DNA from: a bacterium
GTDB lineage: Bacteria; UBA8248
Direction: 5' to 3'
Assembly: GCA_965207065.1 (NCBI GenBank)
Contig: OZ242260.1
Location: 864,001 to 928,000 of the forward strand
Length of the DNA stretch: 64,000 nucleotides
Position 1 is the stretch's first letter, and each line of letters begins with the position of its first letter. The translations under genes were made by a program, and so were the position numbers. Of the stretch, positions 50,039-59,154 are shown in pieces. A model generated the notes under the pieces. That model had not been told where the DNA came from. It searched no databases and saw only the letters and a list, made by a program, of their open reading frames with translations.

Positions 50039-51967
50039 ATTGCGGTAGGGACGCCGGTTACCCGGCGCCCCCCGCTCAGATCCGGACGTGCCCGCTAAGG
50101 CATCCGGCTCCTCCCTCGGGTTTTGCCCCCGCTTAGGCATTGACGGCAAATCGTTGATCCGGCCACGGATGTCGGATTTCCAGCTTGGGCCAGTATCGCG
50201 CAATTAGCCTGTGGATGCTGGCCCAGGCGAACCGGTCCTTTTGCGATCTGCGGCGTATTATGTCGAGCCACACCCGCTTCAGGCGAAAGAGGAAGCGGTA
50301 CAGGTGCCGGTAGCTGGCCGGGACTGCATAGTAATTCAGCCATCCATCGACCACTTTACCCAGCCACTTGGCCGTATCCCTGATGTTGTCGTGCATCCGC
50401 CTGTGCAGCACCTCCTTGATCCGCTTCAGTGTGCGCGTCGTCCGCTTCGCAACTGGCTTGCGCCCCAACTGGAAGTGCCCTCCTCTGGTCTTCGCGCAGT
50501 AGTGCGTGAAGCCCAGAAAGTCGAAGGTCTCCGGTTTGCCTTGACCGCTCTGTTGTCGGTTCTCTTTGGCAAAACGCCCGAACTCGATGAGCCGGGTCTT
50601 GTCGGGATGTAGTTCCAGATCGAAGCGTCCGAACCGCTCCTTCACGGCGTCCAGAAAGCGCTCCGCGTCCCGCTTGTGCTGAAAACCCACCACGAAATCG
50701 TCAGCATATCGTACGATGATCGACTCGCCGTTGGCTTCGCGGCTGCGCCACTTCTTATGGAACCAGAGATCGAGGACATAGTGCAGGTAGACGTTTGCGA
50801 GACTCGGCGAAATCACCGAGCCTTGAGGCGTCCCCCGCAAGTCGTCCCGCCACTCTCCATCTTCCATGACGCCGGCGTTCAACCACTTGATGATCAGCCT
50901 GATAACCCGCTTGTCTCCGATGCGGTGCTCCAGAAACCGGACCAGCCAGTCCCTCGAAACCGTGTCGAAAAATGCGCGGATGTCACAATCGACCACCCAG
51001 TTGATCTTGCGCCGGTCGATGCCGACCGCGAGCGCATCGAGCGCGTCGTGCGCTCCACGCCCGGGCCGGAACCCGTAGCTGAACCCCAGGAACTCCGCCT
51101 CGTAAATCGGCGTCAGGATTATCTCCATCACCGCCTTCTGGACTATCTTGTCCTCGATGGCTGCGACGCCGAGCGGTCGTGTCCCGCCATCCGGCTTCGG
51201 GATATTCACCCGCCGTGACGGCGTCGCCCGGAACGCCCCCGAGTGCACGCGGTCGTGCAGGTCGGCCAGACGGCTTCCCAGCCCTTCCTCGTACATCCGC
51301 CATGTCACGCCGTCCGCGCCTGCCGCCGCGTCCCTCTTCATCTCGAAGAAGGCCCAGCGCAGCGCATCGACCGTGATATGGTGGAGGAGCGTCGTGAGAC
51401 GCATCCCAGGTTCCCTTTGTACAAACTGCCGTATCCGGTCGGCCGCTTGTGACACGCTTTCCCGGTCCTGCGTCCGGTACGTGCTTTGGCCCTCCGGATT
51501 CCCCTCGAGCTCGGCCCTTGGCTCCATCGGCTCCGCCGGGGCTGCCGCCCCTTTGTTCGCCGACTTCACGGCTACTATGGCCGAGTCTGACTTCTCCATG
51601 CCGTTCATCATCGGTTACGGACTCCTCCTTTCGTCAGCGACCCCGCCACGACAGCGGGGTGACATGGAGACCTCCCAGGTCCCGGTGCAGTGCGTACGTA
51701 CGTGTATGGGTTCTTAGACACCGCGGGATTCCGGCCCCCCTCGCCATGTCGGTGGGTCGAATGCTGCCTTCGGCCAGATGGACGGCCTCGGCATCCCGGA
51801 AATGCGCTTTTTCGGTGCTCATTAGCCCTACCCGCACGCGCCCCTGTCAACGCTTGACCCCCGCCCTCGCGAGCGTAGGCCCATGACTCGGGGTGGAAGT
51901 GGTGGCTCACCTTCTCCTTCCCGCCGGACTTTCACCGGCTGCACTGGCACCAGTTAGCCTGGCGCAC
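50039..51967 (-). mobile_element. Group II intron
   Basis: 5' GTGCG at 51967; domain V gagccggatgc...gcacgtccggatctg; domain VI ending ccctaccgcaat at 50039. Confidence 0.92.
50133..51611 (-). CDS. ltrA: Group II intron reverse transcriptase/maturase without endonuclease domain
   Basis: SYGFRPGR, GTPQGSVISP, RYADD and FDFLGF. Confidence 0.93.
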   Translation of the reverse strand: MMNGMEKSDSAIVAVKSANKGAAAPAEPMEPRAELEGNPEGQSTYRTQDRESVSQAADRIRQFVQREPGMRLTTLLHHITVDALRWAFFEMKRDAAAGADGVTWRMYEEGLGSRLADLHDRVHSGAFRATPSRRVNIPKPDGGTRPLGVAAIEDKIVQKAVMEIILTPIYEAEFLGFSYGFRPGRGAHDALDALAVGIDRRKINWVVDCDIRAFFDTVSRDWLVRFLEHRIGDKRVIRLIIKWLNAGVMEDGEWRDDLRGTPQGSVISPSLANVYLHYVLDLWFHKKWRSREANGESIIVRYADDFVVGFQHKRDAERFLDAVKERFGRFDLELHPDKTRLIEFGRFAKENRQQSGQGKPETFDFLGFTHYCAKTRGGHFQLGRKPVAKRTTRTLKRIKEVLHRRMHDNIRDTAKWLGKVVDGWLNYYAVPASYRHLYRFLFRLKRVWLDIIRRRSQKDRFAWASIHRLIARYWPKLEIRHPWPDQRFAVNA

Positions 51968-52558
51968 CCATTTGTTGCGCTCATCCATGTTCACCGCGCA
52001 GGCCATAATCCGCGACATGGAGAAGGCCGGACGTGAAGAAGAAATCGCGCAAATCAGCCGAAATATCTCCGAAGTCGCGCCGGAATTGCCGGGAAAATCG
52101 GCAAATAACCTGCGAGATCGAGTAGATTCGGGGAGCGACAACCCATAAGCTGATCAGCCTTAGCTCGTCTGAGAAATAACTTTCACAGTCGGAAATTCAC
52201 GCCACATAGACATCCGACTCGCCGTATCCGCGAGTTAATCGTTGCGTACATATTCATACTGCCGCTCTGTCCGGGACACGATGCGACAACCGGAACCGGT
52301 GAATCAGTCCAAACTGCATTCAAACAAAATGACGAAGCTGTGATTTTCAGGCAAAAACCGCAACCTCTCTTCGTCGTGCGCCTGCCTCCGAACTGTTCGT
52401 TGGAAGTCATTTTTAACGAAAAGCGCGGGGGAAATCTCGACGACATTCTTCTACTTCACGTCGCGCACGATGATGGTGCAGGTATACTTGGCAGGAAAAT
52501 CACATGATGCAAAAGCGGGAGGAAGAATACCTGACAGTCAAACTCCTGACCAAGCGTT

Positions 52559-53326
52559 TCACCAAGCAGGCGGTTTCGAGATCGTCGTACCTAGAAGGTG
52601 TTCGGGAAACTGCGCGGCTTTCAGCATTGCCGGACGAATATGCCTCACGCGATTCGCGACATCCCGCAACTTCGGAGCGATTGACCAGCGCCCCGGGCAT
52701 ACGATGAACACGGGCTTTTTTCGCTCCACGGACACCATGCGAATGGGTGTCACCAAATCGGTATCATTCGAAATCACAACGGCCACGTCGAACAATCCCT
52801 TCCAGGCATCGTTCAATAGATGAGCTGCGAGATTCACATCCGAGCCTTTCTCTTCCATCGTATGGACTTCGGCGACAACCGCATCGGGCAGTGGCCTAGC
52901 GGCCTTTCGCCGTTTTCTTTTGCCCGAGTCATCAATCGAATACCCACTCACCGGCAAAGTCTTTCCTAGATCTGCCACCGGGTGATTGCCCGCCGGCAGC
53001 GTTACCGGTCTCGGCGTATCGATTCTTTTATCGGCAACGGGCAGATTTGTGAGCGGGCGCCAGTTGATCTTGGCGAGAAATCTCCCGAGATGCACCTTTA
53101 CTTCGGGCAAAGTGTTAAGCGCGCTCAGATATACCTGCTGACGGGCAGGCGCTCCCGGATTCAATGCACCGGATACCCGGGCGGTGAAATAGTTGAGCCT
53201 ATCTATGGTATGACCCGCCGGAAGCAGGCGGTAGGAGAGTTTGACCAAGTTGAGCCACTTGAAGGGCGTACCCTTGAGCGCTCCGTAATACAGGTTGAAA
53301 CCATCGACGTAGACTCTGGTTCGCAT
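52559..53326 (-). CDS. NYN/LabA-DUF88 PIN-like nuclease
   Basis: VYVDGFNLYYG, EEKGSDVNLA and ISNDTDL. Confidence 0.88.
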   Translation of the reverse strand: MRTRVYVDGFNLYYGALKGTPFKWLNLVKLSYRLLPAGHTIDRLNYFTARVSGALNPGAPARQQVYLSALNTLPEVKVHLGRFLAKINWRPLTNLPVADKRIDTPRPVTLPAGNHPVADLGKTLPVSGYSIDDSGKRKRRKAARPLPDAVVAEVHTMEEKGSDVNLAAHLLNDAWKGLFDVAVVISNDTDLVTPIRMVSVERKKPVFIVCPGRWSIAPKLRDVANRVRHIRPAMLKAAQFPEHLLGTTISKPPAW

Positions 53327-53659
53327 GATTCCCACAAAAAGAGCAAAGGCCGCTCCGAAGAGTGGCCCTTGAGCCGACAGCACGCTGTCGGCGGGTATAT
53401 TTCCCTCAATGCTACCACCGGACCGACACTCTTGCAAGCGACAAAATTCTGAAACCAGTTCTCCCTTCACATCGCAAGAAGGCAACAACTAGCAGCGCCT
53501 TACCGGTGAGAAACTATAGCCTCTCCTCCAAACTCCCGCACTCCTTTTTCAGGAGTTTGGTGTCGATGGGGGTCGGGAAAGAGAGGAAGATAATGACTTT
53601 GCACGGAGGTGAGAATCAAATACTTTGTTCAGTAAGTTCATCTAATCAGCAATCCGCCA

Positions 53660-53687
53660 GGTTCATCCCCGCGTGGGCGGGGAACAC
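53660..53687 (-). CRISPR. Isolated type I-E repeat (28 of 29 nt; terminal-type, ends CCT not CCG)
   Basis: ggttcatccccgcgtgggcggggaacac, identical to the array repeat except the last base. Confidence 0.9.
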
Positions 53688-53790
53688 TCTTTCAGGCGCC
53701 GTCCCCGCTCTCGGAGGTCTCGTCGAAAGCCGCCGAGACGTTGAGGCCGAGTACGACGCAACGGTCCTGGAGGATCGTATCCGCTCAGCG

Positions 53791-54640
53791 CTACGACCGG
53801 GTCCGCAACGCACGGAATGAAGACGCAGCGTCGTGCGACAGGTTCATCGCCAACAACTCTGACATCGCGTCGTCCTCGGAAATCTCCGCGCTCCAACCGT
53901 AAGCACCCGCCACAGCGTCGGCGAGCCATTGCGGACGGGCGTTGTAGAGATTGGTCAACATGCGGCCCCTGAGTTCCTTTGCCGCCGCCTCGTCCCGAAC
54001 GACCGGGCGCTTCGGATAGCCCGGCACCGGTTCCTCCGTCCACTCCACCCATTCGGGCGGGTTGAGCCAGCGGTCGCGGAGGTCGATCAGGTGCCGGGCC
54101 GCGTCCGCGATGGCGACCGCGCGCGGGTCATCCGCATAGTCGGGCGCGAGAACGCCGGGCGAGAGACCGTCCGGGAAGGGGAAGGTTTCGAAGGTGGTGG
54201 TCGGCGTGTAGCGGGGATCGTTGCCTTTGCCGAGCCATGTGCCGAGCCGCAGCGACCACGCCTCGTGGAACGAGCTATGCAGGATGCCGAAGGTCACATC
54301 GTCGTTGCGCGCGATGACGATGTGCTGGTGGTCGGGGCAGACCCCTGCATCGAGCCAGACGAACAGCCGGTGCTTGGAAACCGTTGGCGTCGCGATGAAA
54401 CGTCGCAAACCGTCGAGCGCTCGCCACATTTCCGGTCTCGGGCGTTCATGTCTCTAACAGAACTTTCTGACTGCCGAAGCCCGGTTCCGCTGTCGGCCCG
54501 GCCAGACGCATTCCTTGACGTGCCCGAAGGGTGCTTCATAGAGCGCGGCTTCAGCCTCCGACATGTCCCATCCGAAATCGACGATCCACTTGTCCGCCGG
54601 ACGGCGGGTCATGTCCATGCCGTTGACACAGGGCCTTCTA
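53791..54640 (-). pseudogene. C-terminal (specificity) fragment of an MmeI-like type IIG/IIL restriction-methyltransferase
   Basis: NGMDMTRRPADKWIVDFG, TPTVSKHRLF, RYTPTTTFETFPFP and LTNLYNARPQWL; in-frame TAG at 54454-54456. Confidence 0.8.
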
Positions 54641-54679
54641 ACGTAGCTCTGCTCCACTCCGCGACCCTGCTCGTACATC

Positions 54680-56536
54680 CTAGCGCTGAACGCCGCTCCC
54701 ATACACCAGCGAGATCCCCTTCCGCGCCAATTCCGCCCCCTTCACATAGCTCTGCTTCACCCCACGACCGGTCTGGTACATCAACGCCAAGTTACTATGG
54801 GCGTTCGAGTCTCCTTGGTCCGCCGCCTTCTGGTAATACTCCACCGCCTTCATGTCGCTCTGTTCCACCCCATGACCCATCTGGTACATCCAACCCAGGT
54901 TGCGCTGGGCGTCCGCATTCCCCTGCCCGGTCGCCTTCCGGTACCATTCCACCGCCTTCACATAGCTCTGCTTCACCCCACGTCCGTCTCTGTACATCGT
55001 CCCCAAGTTGTTCTGAGCGTCCGCATTCCCTTGCTGGGCCGCCTTCCGGTACCACTCCGCCGCCATCACATCGCTCTGCTTCACCCCATGTTCGTACATC
55101 GTCCACAAGTCTCGTTCCGCCGCCTTCTTCACATGTCCGTGGTCCTCCCTCCGCCAGTCGCCGTCCGCCGCCCTCCGGTAATACTCCACCGCCTTCATGT
55201 CGCTCTGTTCCACCCCATGACCCATCTCGTACATCCAACCCAGGTTGCGCTGGGCGTTCTCATACCCCTGCCCGGTCGCCTTCCGGTACCATTCCACCGC
55301 CTTCACATAGCTCTGCTTCACCCCACGACCGTCTCTGTACATGGTCCCCAAGTTGTTCTGGGCGTCCGTATTCCCCTGCTGGGCCGCCTTCCGGTACCAC
55401 TCCACCGCCTTCACATAGCTCTGCTTCACCCCACGACCGTCTCTGTACATGGTCCCCAAGTTGTTCTGGGCGTCCGTATTCCCCTGCTGGGCCGCCTTCC
55501 GGTACCACTCCACCGCCTTCACATAGCTCTGCTCCACCCCACGACCGTTCGCGTACATCACACCCAAGTAGTTCTGGGCGGTCGTATTCCCCCGCTCCGC
55601 CGCCCACCGGTGCCGCTCCGCCGCCTTCCGGAACCGCTCCACCGCCTTCACATCGCTCTGCTTCACCCCATGTCCGTCTCTGTACATCGTCCCCAAGTTG
55701 TTCTGGGCGTCCGCATTCCCCTGCTCGGCCGCCTTCCGGAACCACTCCACCGCCTTCACGTCGCTCTGCTCCACCCCACGTCCGTCTCTGTACATGGTCC
55801 CCAAGTTGTTCTGGGCGTCCGTATTCCCCTGCTGGGCCGCCTTCCGGTACCATTCCACCGCCTTCACGTCGCTCTGCTCCACCCCACGACCGTTCGCGTG
55901 CTTCATAGCAAAGTTCAACTGGGCGGTCTTATCCCCCTGCTGGGCCGCCTTCCGGTACCATTCCACCGCCTTCACGTCGCTCTGCTCCACCCCACGACCG
56001 TTCGCGTACATCACACCCAGGTTGTTCTGGGCGAGCGCATGTCCTGCATTCGCGGCCTTCAGATACATGCCTGCAGCTTGTCTGCTATCCCGTGAAATTG
56101 CCAATCCATCTTCTAGCGCGGACGCGAGCAGGAATAACGCTTCCGCATTGCCGCCACGAGCGAGGTCTTGGACGGTACCTAGGACACGTCGCGCAAGCGT
56201 TTCCGCCAGGTTTCTGTCCTGGGGAAACTCAAGCCGACCCCCAACAATCTTTGCATAATTTTCCAACGGGTTTCCGCCCTCGTCCTCAACCCGACCCCTA
56301 AAAAGACTTCGCGCCACCCACATCACACCGAGGGGATGTCCCGCATCCGCCGCCATCTTGAATAGCGCCCCGGCTCGTACAAAATCATATCGATCACTCC
56401 GCGAGTACAAGGACACCGCCTCCGACACCATCTTCTCCGCCTCACGGAGAGCATCGCCATACGCCAGTTGGGGAACCACCACTCCTGTCAACAACACGAG
56501 CCAAGCGAAAAGCCTCAACTTCCGTGTGATTTTCAT
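54680..56536 (-). CDS. Secreted Sel1-like repeat protein
   Basis: Signal peptide; more than ten 36-aa AQNNLG.MY.DGRGV.QS..KAVEWYRKAA repeats (108-bp DNA repeats). Confidence 0.92.
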   Translation of the reverse strand: MKITRKLRLFAWLVLLTGVVVPQLAYGDALREAEKMVSEAVSLYSRSDRYDFVRAGALFKMAADAGHPLGVMWVARSLFRGRVEDEGGNPLENYAKIVGGRLEFPQDRNLAETLARRVLGTVQDLARGGNAEALFLLASALEDGLAISRDSRQAAGMYLKAANAGHALAQNNLGVMYANGRGVEQSDVKAVEWYRKAAQQGDKTAQLNFAMKHANGRGVEQSDVKAVEWYRKAAQQGNTDAQNNLGTMYRDGRGVEQSDVKAVEWFRKAAEQGNADAQNNLGTMYRDGHGVKQSDVKAVERFRKAAERHRWAAERGNTTAQNYLGVMYANGRGVEQSYVKAVEWYRKAAQQGNTDAQNNLGTMYRDGRGVKQSYVKAVEWYRKAAQQGNTDAQNNLGTMYRDGRGVKQSYVKAVEWYRKATGQGYENAQRNLGWMYEMGHGVEQSDMKAVEYYRRAADGDWRREDHGHVKKAAERDLWTMYEHGVKQSDVMAAEWYRKAAQQGNADAQNNLGTMYRDGRGVKQSYVKAVEWYRKATGQGNADAQRNLGWMYQMGHGVEQSDMKAVEYYQKAADQGDSNAHSNLALMYQTGRGVKQSYVKGAELARKGISLVYGSGVQR

Positions 56537-56624
56537 CTCTCTTGTCCTCCGTCGTCCGATCTTGACTCGAAACTCTACACTTCTTCCGTTGCCAATTCAA
56601 CTTTCCCGCGCCTGAAGGACGCCC

Positions 56625-56874
56625 TCAGCTTGTCGGCTGATCGCCGTTCGACAGGTGCTTGTCTCGCAAACGGAGATACGCCCGGCGGAGTCCCCTCTTG
56701 AATACGCGGTCTCCAACGAGCCGCCCCAGTTCCCGGTAGCTTTCCCACTGTGCCTCGTCGAAAAACTGATCCGCGGTGGTTTGTTGGGGAAAATCAGAAT
56801 TCGCCGCGTGGTAGTTGAGAATGTCGACGGGTTCGTCGCACAAGATTGTCGGTTTGACGTACACCAGGAGCGTG
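56625..56874 (-). pseudogene. C-terminal fragment of a patatin/cPLA2-like gene, cut by IS21
   Basis: LVYVKP...FPQQTTADQFFDEAQWESYRELG. Confidence 0.6.
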
Positions 56875-57702
56875 TGTTGCGGGCAACTGTAAATCTCCCA
56901 TTAATGGCAACCGAAAACTGCACACATTGATTGCCGGTGTAAGTGCCCGGGTCCACGCTGTTGGCAAGACCAACAGGAACGGAGCGGAGCGCAGATGCAC
57001 GGATGGGAGACGAGGATGTTGCTCAGGCACTACCTAGAGCAAGGTGTAACGAAGACGGAGCTGTCGCGGCGGTTCGGGGTGAGCCGCCGGACGATCCACG
57101 AGTGGATCGAAACGGGGCAGTTGGACCGGGACCTTGAGGGAGGCGGGACGCGGTACAGCCCGCGGCCAGCGGTTGAGCACAAGCTGGACGGGTACAAGGG
57201 GGATCATCGATACGCGACTGGAGGAGTTCCCCCGGTTGTCGGCGAAGCGGCTGTACGACGAGGTCCGGGCGGCAGGCTACACGGGCGGGTACGTCCGTGT
57301 GAGGGACTACGTTCGGGCGGTGCGGCCGCGGGAGCCTGAGGAGGCGGTGGTGCGGTTCGAGACGCCAGCGGGGCGGCAGGGGCAGGTGGACTTTGCGACG
57401 TTCACGCTTCCCTGGGGGCGGCGGCACGCGCTGGTGGCGGTTCTGAGCCACTCGCGACTGTTGTGGCTGCGGTTCTACCGCCGGCAGACGATGGCGGTGC
57501 TGATCGAAGGCCTGGAGAGCGCCTTCGGGTGGTTCGGCGGGGTACCGCGGGAGCTCTTGTTCGATCAGATGCGCTCGGTGGTGCTGTCGGACGGCCGCGT
57601 GGGCGGGGGCCAACTGGTACTGAACGCGGACTTCCTGCGGTTCGCCGCGCACTGGGGGTTCCGGACTCGGGCATGCCGGCCCTACCGAGCACAGACCAAG
57701 GG
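56875..57702 (+). mobile_element. istA: Truncated IS21-family element (left end + frameshifted istA)
   Basis: TG-starting end with repeated GGCAACYG boxes; RFETPAGRQGQVDF, LLFDQM and CRPYRAQTKG, then cut; frameshift near 57200. Confidence 0.85.
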
Positions 57703-59154
57703 CTAGGCTTCATACTGCACCTCATCGGGACGTTGCGTGACAAGCACGCGCGAAGGAAGTCGTTTCGTAAACTTCCGGCCCTGTTGCTTGACGGGCGGCT
57801 GGTCGCCGGGTGGCTCGTAGAGCCACTGGTCTCTGTCGTTGTAGCGGTGTGCTCGAAGCAGGCCATGGTGGCGCCATTGCTTGACGGTGTGGGTCGAGAC
57901 GTCGAGCATGGCAGCAGCTTCGCATACGGTCAACAGGCCGCGGGCGCGCAGGCGCTCGTAGCGGGAGGACAAGCGGTACTCCTTGCGTATGGCCTGTACG
58001 CGCTGCGGCCGGAAGACGACGCCGTGGCCGGTGCGCAGTCCGCTCTCGTTCAGCAAGGCGGCGACCTCCGCGTCGGTGTGGCTGTCGAGCAGGTTGTCGA
58101 TCTGGGCGACGACGCACTCGGGGGTCCGGTACCGTTGCCCTGCGGGAAGTTCGGGAGCCAACCGCAGCGTCCGCGTGGCCCCGCCGCGCAGGCGCACGCC
58201 AAGAGCGATCTCGGCGCCTCGCATGATGGTGACGTCGTCGATCAGCAGCCTGGCCATGCGCTTGCGCTCGCGGTCTGGCGTCGCCGGATCGTTCCACAGA
58301 CGCGGGAAGTCGGTGGCCAGGGACAGGACGCGTTGACGCCGGGCGTCGTCGAGCCGTCCCGGGTCCTCGACACGGCGCTGCTCGAGTTCGCGGCGAGCGT
58401 CGTCCAGAGCGCGCAACCTGGCGTTCCACTCGGCCTCCAGGACATCGGCTACGAGCCGCTTGTCGGGATGAGCCTGCATGAAGCGCTGCCGCGCCAGTTC
58501 CGCCTCCTCACGGGCCCTCTCGACGGTCTGGGCGCGCCAGGCATCGACCTCGTCGACGCGCGCGGCCAGTTCGTCCTGGACCTTGAGCGCCACGGTCAGT
58601 GTGACGGGCGTCATCAGTTCCACCAGTAATGCGCCCACGGCGCGGTCGATGCCGGCGCCGGGTATGGACTGGCACTTGGCGTCCGCGCTCTGGATGCCGT
58701 CGCGCTGGCAGACGTAGTCTGGAACCTGCCGACCCTGGCGGGTGTGATAGCGGACCGTCATGCCCTGCCCGCACACGCTGCACAGGGCAAGACCCTGTAG
58801 CAGCGCCGGCCCCTCGCGGGCTGGACCGCGGCGCCGGTCCGCGCCGTGGGCCAGCGCGTTGTCGCGTAGATGCCGTTGATTGGCCTCGAAGTGATCCCAT
58901 GCGATGTAGCCGGGATGGGCGTCCCGCAAAAGGACCGTCCACTCGCCGATGGGCACGCGCCGCCACTCGACGACGACGCCCGCGCGACGCCGCTGTCGGC
59001 TGCGCCCGAACGCGTAGGCGCCGGCATAGCGCGGATTGTGCAGCACCTGCAGGACGCGCGAGTGATCCAGCGGCTGCCAGTGCAGTTCGCCCTTGCGCGC
59101 CCCGGCGCGGATGCGGCGAGGGAAGAGCAGGCCCGCGTCGCGGAAGTGCCGCAC
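57703..59154 (-). pseudogene. Large serine recombinase, recombinase/zinc-ribbon/C-terminal part only
   Basis: LHNPRYAG, HPGYI, LLQGLALCSVCG, YVCQ and EVQYEA; N-terminal catalytic domain absent, cut at the CRISPR repeat. Confidence 0.85.

Larger units (their letters stand above)
49878..52148 (+). pseudogene. Small RHH/CopG-like gene interrupted by a group II intron (segments 49878-50038 and 51968-52148)
   Basis: Joining the flanks restores ...WPRTEAE-I-HLLRSSMFTAQAIIRDME... in frame. Confidence 0.7.
34250..53400. mobile_element. Decayed integrative mobilizable/conjugative element (boundaries approximate)
   Basis: Integrases, HU/IHF, MOBF relaxase, ssb and plasmid-type DUF genes; att sites not identified. 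Confidence 0.7.

Noticed and set aside
50133-51611. Reverse transcriptase as CRISPR-associated RT, retron or DGR
   Set aside because: Has full group II intron boundaries and domain V/VI; no Cas1 fusion, msr-msd or TR/VR pair seen
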